Assembly (NCBI RefSeq): GCF_005696695.1
Contig: NZ_CP040006.1
Span: forward strand, 1,650,001-1,682,000
DNA from: Schaalia odontolytica
GTDB taxonomy: Bacteria; Actinomycetota; Actinomycetes; Actinomycetales; Actinomycetaceae
DNA: 32,000 nt
Direction: 5' to 3'
The number at the start of each line of letters is the position of its first letter. The stretch's first letter is position 1. A program made the translations under genes and the position numbers. The notes under the pieces were generated by a model that did no database searches, had not been told where the DNA came from, and was given only the letters and a program-made list of their open reading frames with translations. This document shows, in pieces, positions 1-10,057 of the stretch.

Positions 1-114
1 CGCTTTCTTCACACATAATGTGTTGAGCTGCATGAGGGTGGTGATCGCGCAGCACATCCCTGTGGGGCGCGATAGGGCGGGCGGAGCGTATGCGGTGCCC
101 GCGTCGCCTTGCGA

Positions 115-157
115 GCGCGCCCGCTCCCCCGGCACGAGTCCGGGCGGGGCGGGCGCG
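115..157 (-). terminator. Possible GC-rich hairpin terminator downstream of the 872-aa surface protein gene
   Basis: Imperfect inverted repeat gcgcgcccgctcccccgg / ccgggcggggcgggcgcg with a 7-nt loop, about 30 nt past the stop at 187. No clear U-tract follows. Confidence 0.3.
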
Positions 158-186
158 ACGCATGGGTAGTCCTTCGGGTCAGCGGG

Positions 187-625
187 TCAGCGGATCAACT
201 TGCCGTTGTCGGCGAATCGGTAGTACTTCCACACGATCCACAGGCGTCCGGTCGCCATCTGGCCGCTGCCGGGCTTGAGGTAGTACCAGGAGCCCTCCTC
301 GTAGTGCCATCCGGTCTTCATCTTCCCGTTGGTGGGGTTCAGGTAGTACCAGTGCGAACCGTCTTCGACCCATCCCGTGGCCATCTGGCCACTTCCGGGG
401 GTCAGGTAGTACCAGGAGACGCCGTCAAGGACCCAGCCGGTGGCCTGCGCGCCGGACAGCGCGTGGTAGTACCAGGCGCCCCGCTCGAAGACCCAGCCCG
501 TGCGCATGTAGCCGTCCGCGTCGAATCGGTAGACCTGGCCGTCGATGGTCTTGGCCGTGTTCGAGGGGTAGGTGCCGTCCGCGTAGCGGTACCACCAGCC
601 GCGAGCGCCCCACGTCCACGTGCCC
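187..625 (-). repeat. About 60-nt periodic coding repeats (cell-wall-binding repeat array)
   Basis: ggtagtaccag recurs about every 60 nt on the plus strand and encodes the WYY(L/H) repeat cores on the minus strand. Confidence 0.75.
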
Positions 626-2805
626 TGAGCGGGAGCGGAGTCGGAGCCGGCCTTGACGGTCACGGTCGCCGAGGTGACGACGTGGGGATCCTGGCGCACG
701 TCGAGGCGCAGGGTGGCGTCGGCGCTGGTCGGGGTCCAGGTGTAGGAGGCGGTGGATGCGCTCTCATCCGAGCTGCCCTGCATCGATTCCCAGTCCTGGA
801 GAACCGTCTCCGTGCCGTCGCCGCTGATCTGCACGACGCGCATCTGGCGTCCGCCCAGAGTGCCGCCCTGCGCGGAGACGTTCACGGTCGTCGGCGTACC
901 CACCGAGGTGGTGAGCGTGTATCCGGGTCCGGCTTCGGTGATTCCGTCGCCTGACACTGCGACCTGCGGGCGGGTGTACTCGAAGAGGTTGGCCGTGTTG
1001 TAGCCGGCGTCCTTCATCGCGGTTTCGGTGAGGGTCCACGCCTTCGACCCCTTGGGGGCGGCGACGTAGATTTCGGTGCCGTCCTTGAGGTCCTGTGCCA
1101 TGTCGGCCGCGAGCTTGATCTCCTGCACGGTCGAGGGCAGGACCAGGACGCGGGGCGTGTCGAACCAGAAGGTGAAGCTGGTCATCCCCTCGCCGAAGTA
1201 GGCGCTGTCGGGGCGGCCGTTGGTGGCCTTGCCCTCGTAGTAGAACTCGCCGTTGTTGCCGCCGCGCACGATGAGGTGGCGCGGGGTGGCGGTGTCTCGC
1301 GGTGTCATCCACAGTTCCGTGACCTGCGAGCCCAGTTCAATCGTGTCCAGGCCGTTGTTGACGAGGCCGCGGGCGACCGTCACCGAGTCGGGGATGACGA
1401 GATCGGTGAGGTTCGCGTCGCCTTCAAAGGCACCGTAGCCGATAGTCGTCAGCCCCTCGGGCAGGACGACGCGACGCAGGAACGTATTGTGCGCGAAAGC
1501 GGTGTCGGCGATAGCGACCGTGCCGTCAGGAACCGTCACGTCAGTGTCCGTCTTCGTGGGAAGGTACAGGACCAGGGTGCGGCCCGCGTTGCCCTTGCTG
1601 TACAGGACGCCGTCTTCGACGGTGTACATCGAGTTGGCGGGGGCGACGCTGAGGGAGGCGAGGTTGTTCGCGGCCACGAATGCGGATTCACCGATGGAGG
1701 TCAGGCCCGAGCCCAGATGCACAGACCGGAGCGCAGCGTTCCCAGCGAACGCGCCCTTACCGATCGAGGTTACCGAGTCGGGCAACGACACAGAGACGAG
1801 AGCCGAACCGTCGAAGGCATAGTCGCCGACCTCGGCCAGGCGATTCAGGTCGGGACGGAAATTCACCTCGGCGAGCGCCTTGTCGTAGCGGAAGGCACTA
1901 TCCGGCAGCATCGTGGCACCACCCAGATCAACGCGCTCCAGCTTGGACATGTACCAGAAGGCCGTGTCATCCATGGACTCGAACCCGTCAGGCAGGGTCA
2001 GGGACGTGATCCGCGATCCCACGAACGCACCCTTGCCGACGTGGCGCAGATGTGAGGGCAGGGTCACGGAGGTGATCTGCGCGGAGGAGAAAGCGCCCTC
2101 GTCGATGAATGCGGTTTCCTCGGCAACGGTGTACGAACCGCCCGCATTCTTCGCCTGCGGGTAGGTCGCCAGGTGCGTCAGGCCCTTCGCGTACAGGACA
2201 CCGTCGAGGCTCTGGTAGTTCTGGTTCGCCGCGTCAACCTCGATGCTCTCCAGGAGCGGGGTGCGCGCGAATGCTGCGAACAGGCCGTCGGCCTGGACGT
2301 TCGGGCCGACGGTGACGGAGCGCAGCTTCGCCATGTCGCTGAAGGTCTCGAGGCCTGCCGTCTTGAGAGAACGAGGCAGGGAAACGCTCTCCAGGGGTGT
2401 GTATGCGAAGGCGCGCTCCCCGATCGTCTCCAACTGCGAGGGGTGTGCGTCGTCGTCCTGGAAGGTCACCTGGGTGAGCGGCTGGCCTGAAAAGACATAG
2501 TCGTCGATTGTGCGCACACTCGCGGGGATCCACACGCTCGTCAGACTCGCGCCATTAAAGGCGTTCGTAGCGATCTCGGTGACACCGTCGGGGATGCGGA
2601 CATCCGTTGCAGTGCCCGTGTACGACACGAGCACGCCGTCGGCGTCGATGGTGAAGCCATCAGCGTCGACTTGCAGCGGGGCGGCTGCGTTCACCCGACC
2701 GGCGGCGCCGGCGTCTGCCGCGAAGGCGGCGGGCACGCTGACCGCGGTCAGGGACAGGGCGCCGGCGAGCGCGAACGCCAGCACCGTTAACTTTCGATGG
2801 GACAT
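187..2805 (-). CDS. Secreted surface protein: BspA-type leucine-rich repeats plus C-terminal cell-wall-binding (CW_binding_1-like) repeats
   Basis: 872-aa ORF with a signal peptide (MSHRKLTVLAFALAGALSLTAVSVPAAFA). It has many tandem LRR_5/BspA-like units (e.g. IPDGVTEIATNAFNGASLTSVWIPASVRTIDDYVF). The C-terminus carries about 20-aa GW/WYY repeats (TGWVxDGxxWYYLxPGSGQMATGW). Confidence 0.85.
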   Translation of the reverse strand: MSHRKLTVLAFALAGALSLTAVSVPAAFAADAGAAGRVNAAAPLQVDADGFTIDADGVLVSYTGTATDVRIPDGVTEIATNAFNGASLTSVWIPASVRTIDDYVFSGQPLTQVTFQDDDAHPSQLETIGERAFAYTPLESVSLPRSLKTAGLETFSDMAKLRSVTVGPNVQADGLFAAFARTPLLESIEVDAANQNYQSLDGVLYAKGLTHLATYPQAKNAGGSYTVAEETAFIDEGAFSSAQITSVTLPSHLRHVGKGAFVGSRITSLTLPDGFESMDDTAFWYMSKLERVDLGGATMLPDSAFRYDKALAEVNFRPDLNRLAEVGDYAFDGSALVSVSLPDSVTSIGKGAFAGNAALRSVHLGSGLTSIGESAFVAANNLASLSVAPANSMYTVEDGVLYSKGNAGRTLVLYLPTKTDTDVTVPDGTVAIADTAFAHNTFLRRVVLPEGLTTIGYGAFEGDANLTDLVIPDSVTVARGLVNNGLDTIELGSQVTELWMTPRDTATPRHLIVRGGNNGEFYYEGKATNGRPDSAYFGEGMTSFTFWFDTPRVLVLPSTVQEIKLAADMAQDLKDGTEIYVAAPKGSKAWTLTETAMKDAGYNTANLFEYTRPQVAVSGDGITEAGPGYTLTTSVGTPTTVNVSAQGGTLGGRQMRVVQISGDGTETVLQDWESMQGSSDESASTASYTWTPTSADATLRLDVRQDPHVVTSATVTVKAGSDSAPAQGTWTWGARGWWYRYADGTYPSNTAKTIDGQVYRFDADGYMRTGWVFERGAWYYHALSGAQATGWVLDGVSWYYLTPGSGQMATGWVEDGSHWYYLNPTNGKMKTGWHYEEGSWYYLKPGSGQMATGRLWIVWKYYRFADNGKLIR

Positions 2806-3165
2806 CTGTGACCCCTTCTATTGACAGTTGGTAAGTGAAGGCTCCGTGTTGCAACCACGACCCCTTGTGTCAAACATATCTCTCAATAGGGTTTTCGGAT
2901 ACCCCCTGAGACACTCCTTCTCAGCATATGTCGCTTGGCGAGACGGCATATTTGCGCGTAGTACCATGCATCAACCCGGACCGATAGAGAGCACTCATCG
3001 GCGACATCACAGCCGCATATCACCCATTTTTTCTAGGGTTTCATGACATCTTTCCATCGAATCTGACAAATCAACCGACAGCCAAGATTTGCGCCATATC
3101 CACCCCTACAAGCAAGCACGCGCGAAGCCATAGCACACGAGGCCCGACCTAGTGGTCGAAGAAAT

Positions 3166-3198
3166 GCCCGCGCCCCGGAGAGTCTCCGGGGCGCGGGC
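3166..3198 (-). terminator. Rho-independent terminator of the S8 protease gene
   Basis: Perfect 13-bp GC stem gcccgcgccccgg / ccggggcgcgggc with a 7-nt loop, 20 nt past the stop (3218). In the minus sense it is followed by ATTTCTT. Confidence 0.6.
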
Positions 3199-3217
3199 AA
3201 ACAGTCTCGCAGCTATG

Positions 3218-3715
3218 TCAGCCGACGAGCTGTCCCGACTCGTTGAAGTAGTACCACTTCCAGCCGATCCAGTGACCGCCGGTGTACATCGCTCCCGAGT
3301 CGGTGCTCAGGTAGTACCAGAAGCCGCCATCCTTCAGCCAGCCGGTGGTCAGCGCGCCGCTGGGGGCCATGTAGTACCAGGAGGAACCATCCTTCACCCA
3401 GCCGGTCGCCATCGCGCCGCTGCCGGGCGTCAGGTAGTACCAGGTCAGCCCATCGAGGATCCATCCCGTCACCATCTGTCCGGTCGTCGGGTTCAGGTAG
3501 TACCAGGAGGAGCCGTCCTTCACCCAGCCGCTCGCCTGAGCGCCAGACAGATTGTGGAAGTACCACGCGCCATCCTCACTCGCCCAGCCGGTGCGCATGT
3601 AGCCATCCGCACCAAAGCGGTACGTGGAGTTGCCGATCTGCACCGTCTGGCTCACCGGGTAGGTGCCATCCGCATAGCGGTACCACCAGCCGACGGAGTC
3701 GCTGATCCACTGGCC
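3218..3715 (-). repeat. Cell-wall-binding repeat array (about 60-nt period)
   Basis: Encodes about 9 GW/WYY repeats (GWVKDGSSWYYLNPTTGQMVTGW...), with the same periodic ggtagtaccag signature as 187-625. Confidence 0.75.
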
Positions 3716-6700
3716 ACCCTGCGGGGCGGGAGCCGGATCGGGCTCAGGCGCCGGAGTCGGGTCCGGCGCGGGCGTCGGGTCCGGCGCGGGCGTCGGGTCC
3801 GGCGTCGGCTCAGGCGCAGGCATCGGATCCGGGGTACCCGGCAGCTTGATCATGAGGGCGCTCGTCAGGTAGGAGGCATCACGCACCTGGACGCGCAGGC
3901 TCACGTCCACGGCGGACGGGGTCCACGGGAAGGTCACGGAGGAGGCCGCAGCTCGGTCCCCGCCGTCCGTCACCGTCGTCCAGTCGCGCACGAGGGTCTC
4001 GGTGCCGTCTGCGCCGATCTGCACGGCTCGGACCTGCTGTGTGCCGGCGATGCCACCGGCAACCGTCGCGGTCACGTCGACCGACGCGCCGACCTCGCCC
4101 GTGTACGTGTAGCTTCCCCCGGCCTCGTTAATGTTGGCACCCGCCAGGGTCATCGACGCGCCCGTGTAGGTGTGCAGGTGGGAGGCGTCGATGCCGGCCG
4201 CCTCGAGGGCGTCCTTGGCGACATTCCACGCCGGCTCACCCTCGGCTGCGGCAACGTAGACGTGGGTGTCATCCTTCTTCTCGTCGCTCAGCTCAGGCTC
4301 GAGGTCGAGTCGGGTGAGCGTGGAGGGCAGGACGAGGACGCGCGGGACGTCCACGCCGAAGGACACGCGGGTCATGCCCTCGCCGAAGTAGGCGCTCTGG
4401 CGGCGTCCGTTCGTCGGGCGACCGTCGTACACGAAGGAGCCGTCCACGCCGCCGCGCACGACGATGCGACGAGGCATGGGAACCCAGCTGCCTTCCATGC
4501 GGATCGAGGTCACCTTGGAGCCGTACTCGACGAGTTCTAGGGAGTTTCCGGTGACGCCGCTCGAGCGCTCGACCGACTCGGGGATGACGAGCTCGGTGAG
4601 GGCCGTGGTGCCCGCGAAGGCGTCGTCGCCGATGACCTTGAGGCCCTCGGGCAGGACGACGCGGGTGAGCGTCTTGTTGTTGGCGAATGCCGTCGCGCCG
4701 ATCTCGACCGTGCCCGCGCGCACCGTGTAGTCGGTGAGCGTGTTGGCGGCCGGGGACAGCATCAGGTGCAGGCCGTCGTCCGCCTTGCGATACAGGACGT
4801 TGTGCTCGGCCGAGTACACCGGGTTGCCATCCACAACGGTCAGCGTCGCGATCTTGCGGTCGTTGTACAGGGCGGTCTCGGCGAAGGAGGTGACGCCCGC
4901 TCCGATGTGGAACGAGGTCAGGGCCGTGCTCTCCGAGAATGCCTGCTCGCCGACCGTGGTCACGGAGTCCGGCAGGGACACCGAGGACTGTGCCGTGCGG
5001 CTAAACGCGAAGTCGCCGATCGTGGTCAGGCGGCCGAGCTCGGGCCGGAAGTTGACGCCGGCCTTGGCGCTCGTGGACTCAAACGCGCTGCCGCCCAGGG
5101 AGATCGTGCCGCCCAGGTCGATGCTCGCGAGCTTGTCGGCGGAGCAGAAGGCGCAGGTGCCGACCGTCTCGAACTTCTCGGGCAGGGTCACAGCGGTGAG
5201 CGCGGAGAGGCGGAAGGCCTCGTCCTTGATCTCGCGCAGGCTGTCGGGCAGCGTCACAGTCGTGATGCCCGCCTTCTGGAATGCCTTGGGCGCGATCGTC
5301 GTGACACCGTCCAGGACCGTGTACGTGCCTCCCGTGTTCTTGGCGGCCGGGTACAGGATGAGGCGCGAGTGGTCCTTGGAGTACAGGACTCCGTCAACGC
5401 TCTCGTAGTTCGGGTTCGCGGGATCGACCTCGACGCTGGTCAGCGCGGCGGTCTCGGCGTAGCCCGAGGTCACGGAGTCGGCGGCGACGTTGGGGCCCAG
5501 CTTGATCGTGGTGAGCGCCGAGTTGTAGTCGAAGACCTCCGCGCCGATCGTCACCACGGAGCGCGGCAGCTCGATGGCCTCGAGGCTCGTGTTCGCGAAC
5601 GCGCGGTCGGCGATCGTGGTCAGCTGGGCCGGGTGGGCCTCGTCGTCGACGAAGGTGATCTTCTTCAGCGAGCTGTAGATGAAGGCCTCCAGGCCGATCG
5701 AGCGCACCGAGGCGGGGACCGTCACGGACTCCACGGTGGAGCTCGCGAAGGCACGCTCGCCGATGGAGGTCACGGTGTCGGGCAGGGTGACCTCGGTGGC
5801 CGAGCCCTTGTACTTGACGAGGACGCCGTCCTCGCTGATCTCGAAGTCGTCGGCATCGGCGGAGCGCACCGTGACGGGGATGGACGCGGTCTTGGCCGCG
5901 CCGGCCTCGGTGGTGACGGTGGCGGTCAACGTTCCGGAGCCCGCGTGATCGCCGGCGGTCAGGGTCGCCTTGCGCGTATCCGTGTCGGCGGCGACCGTGG
6001 CCAGGTCGGCAGGCTCCACGCTCCACGTCACCGCGCGGTCCTTCAGCGAGGGCGCCAGGTAAGCCTTCACGGGAGCGGTCTCGCCCACCTTGACGCTCAC
6101 CTGGTTGTCGGCGAGTTCGATGCCCGCATCCTCGGAGATCGTGCGCACGCGGATCTGGGCGCTGGCCGACAGGGTCGGCTGAGACGCGTCGGTCGCGGTG
6201 ATCGTCGCCTCGCCGGCGGCCAGGGCGCGGACCTCACCGTTGTCGTTCACGGTGGCCACGGCCTCGTTCGAGGACGTCCACACGAGGTCGGTGACGTTCG
6301 CGTTCGCCGGCTCGTAAGAGGGGCTCAGCGTGACCGTCTCGCCCGCGACGACCTCGGAGTCCTGCGGGGTGAGCGCCAGGGAGGTCATCGGGATCGTGCT
6401 GAAGCGGATCACCTGGCGGGCCTGGTTCTTCCCCCAGTCCCAGGCGAACAGGTAGGCGGTCGCCGGATCCGAGGAGTCCGCGCGGTCGATGAGGTCGGTC
6501 CACTTGATCTCGTAGTGCTTCGCGTAGGTGCCGTCGGCCTGACGGTTCGCGCCCACAGCCTCCTTCTCGTCGTAGTAGCGACGAGAGGTCGGGGACTCGG
6601 AGAAGGCGATGCCGGCCAGCGGCGAGTTGTCGGTGACGTCGAAGGACACGACGCGCTCGTCGCCCTCGCCGGTCACCGTCAGGTTGGAGATGACGGGCGC

Positions 6701-9700
6701 CTGGGTGTCCAGGGTGAAGTCCCAGGTCAGCTGCGAGGAAACGCTCGAGGGCGCGACCGAGGCCGCGTCGATCGTCAGCTTGTAGCGGCCCGCGGGCAGC
6801 TCCTTGCCGTCCTTGTCGAAGCCGTCAAAGACCGGGTTGTTGCCCTCCTGGCTTTCGATGGGCTCGACCTTGCTGGCGTGGTAGTTGAACAGGGACTTGC
6901 GGGCGCGCTCGAAGGTGTACTCACGCACCACCTCGCCGGCCTCGTTCGTGTAGGTGTAGGTCACCTTCGGCGAGTTACGCAGCAGGCAAGTGCGCGGCAG
7001 GATGCGCGAGGGGGCCTCGGGCAGCGCGGAGCGGGACATGATGAAGTACGCGGGGTCGACCGCGCGCACGTCATCGAGTTCCTGTCCGGCGAGCGGGTTC
7101 AGGGCGCCCAGGGGCACCTCGGTCGCGGGGTTGATGAGGGTAGAGGAGCAGGCGTGCGCGGTGCTCGTCGTGCCGTCGTACCACTTGCCATCGAAGACGG
7201 CAGGCGCGCCCCAGGAGCCGTAGAAGCCCATGTAGGGGACAGTCAGGTCGGGCTGACCGTCGGCGCTCGTGAAGGTCACGGCGCCGTCGATGAACGTGCC
7301 CTTGGGAGCGTTCTCATTCGCGTACGAGGCGAAGGCACCCTGCGGGGTCACGGTGACGGTCACGGTCGCGGTGCTCTTTGCAGGCACGGTCACCGAGTCA
7401 GCGGAGTAGGTCAGGTCGATGCCCTGCCCCGCCCAGTTCTTGGAGTGCTCGGTGAAGAGGCCCCCCTCGACGATCTCGGAGAGCGCCTGGCCGCCCAGGG
7501 TGTACGTGTGGTCGGCGTCGGAGATGTTCGTCAGGGTCACCTGGAAGGTCCACCCGTTCGTGCCCTCGCCCAGGTCAGCCTTGGGACGCCACGGGTTTTC
7601 CGCGCCCGCGACGCTCGGGTAGACGGTCGTGGTCGTGGCTGCGAGGGCGTCCACCTGGCCGGCGCCCACGCGGCGCGGCGAGTAGTAGGTGCCGTCGTTC
7701 TGGTCGATGTCGAGCAGCGGGTGGGCGGTGCCCATCATGAGGGTGGTGACGATCGCGGCCTTGTCTGCCTCCGACAGGCCGGCGAATGCCGGGTCGTTGT
7801 TGACGCGCTGGCGCACGAGGGTCGCGATGCCCGCCACCTGCGGGGTCGCCATGGACGTGCCCGACATGGAGCGGTACGTGTTGCCCAGGACAGCCGCGAC
7901 AATGTTACCGCCGGGGGCCGCGATCTCAGGCTTGAGCTTGAGGTCGGGCGTGACACCCCACGAGGTGAAGTCGGAGACCGACGGGTTCGTCGAGGCGAGC
8001 TTCAGGCCCGCGTGAGGGTTGGAGATCGTGATGGAGCCGGACTCACTGGCCTTGATAGCCTCGATGAGCGCGTCCTTCTCTTTCTTCGTGATGGTCACGG
8101 TCGGCATCGTGTGGGTGGCCTCGATGGTCGCCACGTAGGGGTTTTCGACCGTCTCGGAGTCACCGATGATGAGGGCGGCGGGCTTGGAGGTCAGCTGGGT
8201 CAGGCCCTTGACCTTGGCCTCGTGGGTCATGTCCGCGCCCGTCGCACTGTCGGAGCCGCCGCGGTCTTCGAGGACGATGACCTGAGAGAGGTCTCCGGGG
8301 TGCTCGGCGACGAGCTTGCTGAGGGCTGCCGCGTCACCGATACCCGCGTAGACGAGGGTGTAGGTGCCCTCGGGGATGTCGAGGAGGCTCGGCACGACGG
8401 CATCCTTGAGGCCGCGCGACTTGCGGTAGACGACCTGGCGGTCCCCCACCGTCAGGTAGGGTAGGGCGTCCTGGTTGTTGACCGAGGCGACGGCCAGGGT
8501 CGAGCTGTAGGACCCGGGCTCGGAGACCGTGCCGGCGTCGGGGTCGGTCGCGTAGGGCTTGTTTCTGCCGCTGTAGTTGGAGTACGCGCTCGAGTAGGAG
8601 TTACCCGCAGCGGCGTTGACCGTCACGCCGGCGGCGGCGAGGTTCTTGTAGACCTCCGCGTACATGGTTCCGGCCTCGGTGCCCATACCCGCGTCCTCGC
8701 CGAGGGAGAGGTTGATCGAGTCGGGCTTAATAACGACCGCGTCGTCGAGGGCCGCCAGAACAGTGTTGTCGGGGATCGATCCATCCTTGTCGGAGGCGAC
8801 CTTGGCGACGATGATCTGCGCGTGGGGCGCGGTGCCCTGCAGGTCGGCCGCGTTGGCGGCAGCGATCGCGGCAACGTGGGTGCCGTGCGACAGGTCCTTG
8901 CTGGACTTGGGCAGCACGTCCGCGTCGTTGTCCGCGTAGTCGAAGACAAAGGGGATCTTGCTGTTGAGGTAGGCGCCGGTCTTGCCGTGCGGCAGCTTGC
9001 CGACGAGGGCCTCGACGTCCCCCTGGCTCAGGCGCACGTCGACGCCATCCATGGAGCCGGAGAACGCCTGGTGGGTGGCCTCGATGCCTGTGTCGATGAC
9101 CTCGACGACCTGACGATCACCCTTCTGGGTGGTCTGGTTGGCGCGCGTCATCTCCAGGGAGGAGGCGTTTTGCAGGGCGGGATCCACGGCCTCGGCACCG
9201 AGTGCGCCCGCGTCCCCCTCGACGACCATGGGCTTGTGGTGGCGCTCGATGAACGCAGCCTTGACGCCCTCGGTCGCCTTGATGGCATCCAGGGACGAGG
9301 CCGGGGCCTGGATTGCGAAACCGTCCAGCGCGTGCGTGTAGTCGCGCACGTCGGTGATGTCCGCACCGGGGACCACTGCCTCGACCGAGGTTTCGATGCG
9401 TTCCTTGACCGTCTCGTGCTTGGTCGAGGACGACAGGCCGAAGACCCGCTGGTACCACGGGATGCCGACCGAGCCGTCCTCGAGCTGGACGATGATCGTC
9501 GTCGGGGTGTCGTCGGCGGGGACGCTCTCGGGGGTGGTGGTCGGGTTCTCGGCCCCGGCCTCGTCGGCGGCTCCCGACTGCGGGGTGCCGGACTGGGCGT
9601 CGACGGACGAGGCGGGGGCGGGGGTACCCGACTGGCTTTCCTCGGGGCTGTTGGCCGCGAAAGCCGCCGGGGTGGTCACGGCGGTCATGGCAAGGGTGCC

Positions 9701-9742
9701 CGCGGTTAGCAGCACCAATGCCGAGGTTGTGCGATGGGACAT
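3218..9742 (-). CDS. Giant cell-envelope subtilisin-like serine protease (peptidase S8) fused to Big_2-like, BspA-type LRR, Pro-rich linker and cell-wall-binding repeat domains
   Basis: 2174-aa ORF with a signal peptide and an I9-like propeptide (TIIVQLEDG...DGFAIQAP). The catalytic triad was verified on the DNA: Asp217 in VIDTG (9092-9094), His286 in SHGTHVA (8885-8887), Ser630 in SGTSMATP (7853-7855). A PA-like insert lies between His and Ser. Two Big_2-like segments follow (VTLSPSYEPANANVTDLVWTSSNEAVATV). The C-terminal half is paralogous to the 872-aa neighbour. Confidence 0.9.
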   Translation of the reverse strand: MSHRTTSALVLLTAGTLAMTAVTTPAAFAANSPEESQSGTPAPASSVDAQSGTPQSGAADEAGAENPTTTPESVPADDTPTTIIVQLEDGSVGIPWYQRVFGLSSSTKHETVKERIETSVEAVVPGADITDVRDYTHALDGFAIQAPASSLDAIKATEGVKAAFIERHHKPMVVEGDAGALGAEAVDPALQNASSLEMTRANQTTQKGDRQVVEVIDTGIEATHQAFSGSMDGVDVRLSQGDVEALVGKLPHGKTGAYLNSKIPFVFDYADNDADVLPKSSKDLSHGTHVAAIAAANAADLQGTAPHAQIIVAKVASDKDGSIPDNTVLAALDDAVVIKPDSINLSLGEDAGMGTEAGTMYAEVYKNLAAAGVTVNAAAGNSYSSAYSNYSGRNKPYATDPDAGTVSEPGSYSSTLAVASVNNQDALPYLTVGDRQVVYRKSRGLKDAVVPSLLDIPEGTYTLVYAGIGDAAALSKLVAEHPGDLSQVIVLEDRGGSDSATGADMTHEAKVKGLTQLTSKPAALIIGDSETVENPYVATIEATHTMPTVTITKKEKDALIEAIKASESGSITISNPHAGLKLASTNPSVSDFTSWGVTPDLKLKPEIAAPGGNIVAAVLGNTYRSMSGTSMATPQVAGIATLVRQRVNNDPAFAGLSEADKAAIVTTLMMGTAHPLLDIDQNDGTYYSPRRVGAGQVDALAATTTTVYPSVAGAENPWRPKADLGEGTNGWTFQVTLTNISDADHTYTLGGQALSEIVEGGLFTEHSKNWAGQGIDLTYSADSVTVPAKSTATVTVTVTPQGAFASYANENAPKGTFIDGAVTFTSADGQPDLTVPYMGFYGSWGAPAVFDGKWYDGTTSTAHACSSTLINPATEVPLGALNPLAGQELDDVRAVDPAYFIMSRSALPEAPSRILPRTCLLRNSPKVTYTYTNEAGEVVREYTFERARKSLFNYHASKVEPIESQEGNNPVFDGFDKDGKELPAGRYKLTIDAASVAPSSVSSQLTWDFTLDTQAPVISNLTVTGEGDERVVSFDVTDNSPLAGIAFSESPTSRRYYDEKEAVGANRQADGTYAKHYEIKWTDLIDRADSSDPATAYLFAWDWGKNQARQVIRFSTIPMTSLALTPQDSEVVAGETVTLSPSYEPANANVTDLVWTSSNEAVATVNDNGEVRALAAGEATITATDASQPTLSASAQIRVRTISEDAGIELADNQVSVKVGETAPVKAYLAPSLKDRAVTWSVEPADLATVAADTDTRKATLTAGDHAGSGTLTATVTTEAGAAKTASIPVTVRSADADDFEISEDGVLVKYKGSATEVTLPDTVTSIGERAFASSTVESVTVPASVRSIGLEAFIYSSLKKITFVDDEAHPAQLTTIADRAFANTSLEAIELPRSVVTIGAEVFDYNSALTTIKLGPNVAADSVTSGYAETAALTSVEVDPANPNYESVDGVLYSKDHSRLILYPAAKNTGGTYTVLDGVTTIAPKAFQKAGITTVTLPDSLREIKDEAFRLSALTAVTLPEKFETVGTCAFCSADKLASIDLGGTISLGGSAFESTSAKAGVNFRPELGRLTTIGDFAFSRTAQSSVSLPDSVTTVGEQAFSESTALTSFHIGAGVTSFAETALYNDRKIATLTVVDGNPVYSAEHNVLYRKADDGLHLMLSPAANTLTDYTVRAGTVEIGATAFANNKTLTRVVLPEGLKVIGDDAFAGTTALTELVIPESVERSSGVTGNSLELVEYGSKVTSIRMEGSWVPMPRRIVVRGGVDGSFVYDGRPTNGRRQSAYFGEGMTRVSFGVDVPRVLVLPSTLTRLDLEPELSDEKKDDTHVYVAAAEGEPAWNVAKDALEAAGIDASHLHTYTGASMTLAGANINEAGGSYTYTGEVGASVDVTATVAGGIAGTQQVRAVQIGADGTETLVRDWTTVTDGGDRAAASSVTFPWTPSAVDVSLRVQVRDASYLTSALMIKLPGTPDPMPAPEPTPDPTPAPDPTPAPDPTPAPEPDPAPAPQGGQWISDSVGWWYRYADGTYPVSQTVQIGNSTYRFGADGYMRTGWASEDGAWYFHNLSGAQASGWVKDGSSWYYLNPTTGQMVTGWILDGLTWYYLTPGSGAMATGWVKDGSSWYYMAPSGALTTGWLKDGGFWYYLSTDSGAMYTGGHWIGWKWYYFNESGQLVG
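3756..3809 (-). repeat. 18-nt tandem repeat x3 encoding the (PAPDPT)n linker
   Basis: gtcgggtccggcgcgggc occurs at 3756-3773 and 3774-3791, with a variant copy at 3792-3809. These translate on the minus strand to PDPTPAPDPTPAPDPTPAPEP. Confidence 0.85.
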
Positions 9743-10057
9743 CTATGGCTCACTTGGTTGACAACTGGGTCAGGGCATGGCCGTGGATACGGCATAACCC
9801 AGCGTCTAGGGTAGGGTTACCTATCCTTACTGAAAAGTCCCGATCAGTTTTCTTCTCACCATCCGTCGAGGGCTTTACGTCCGCGTTTATCCGCCGTAAA
9901 CTATCCCTCTTAGTATCACCTTAGTTACGATAGTCGCCCTTAAATTGCGCTGGTCGCGGCAGGAGACGACAAACCCGCCGAGGAGGGCGCGGACGCGGGG
10001 TCCGCATCGCCTCCTGGCGGGCTGTCAGTCGTGCGCGTTGTGGCGCGCAGGCGCGGG

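Noticed and set aside
187-3715. Regular 60-nt spaced repeats that could be mistaken for a CRISPR array
   Set aside because: The repeats are in-frame coding repeats (GW/WYY cell-wall-binding modules) with diverged 'spacers' of constant coding character. There is no leader and no cas genes.
109-4540. Plus-strand ORFs 109-954, 1276-2055, 2173-2490, 3152-4540 and neighbours
   Set aside because: They are antisense to the two surface-protein genes. Their Arg/Gly/Val-rich composition and periodicity merely mirror the cell-wall-binding repeat DNA.
4766-8464. 1232-aa plus-strand ORF, the second-longest in the track
   Set aside because: It is entirely antisense to the S8 protease, whose catalytic triad and domains are unambiguous. 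Its product is Gly/Arg/Asp/Val/His-rich low complexity with no motifs. This is the typical stop-codon-free antisense frame of a high-GC gene.
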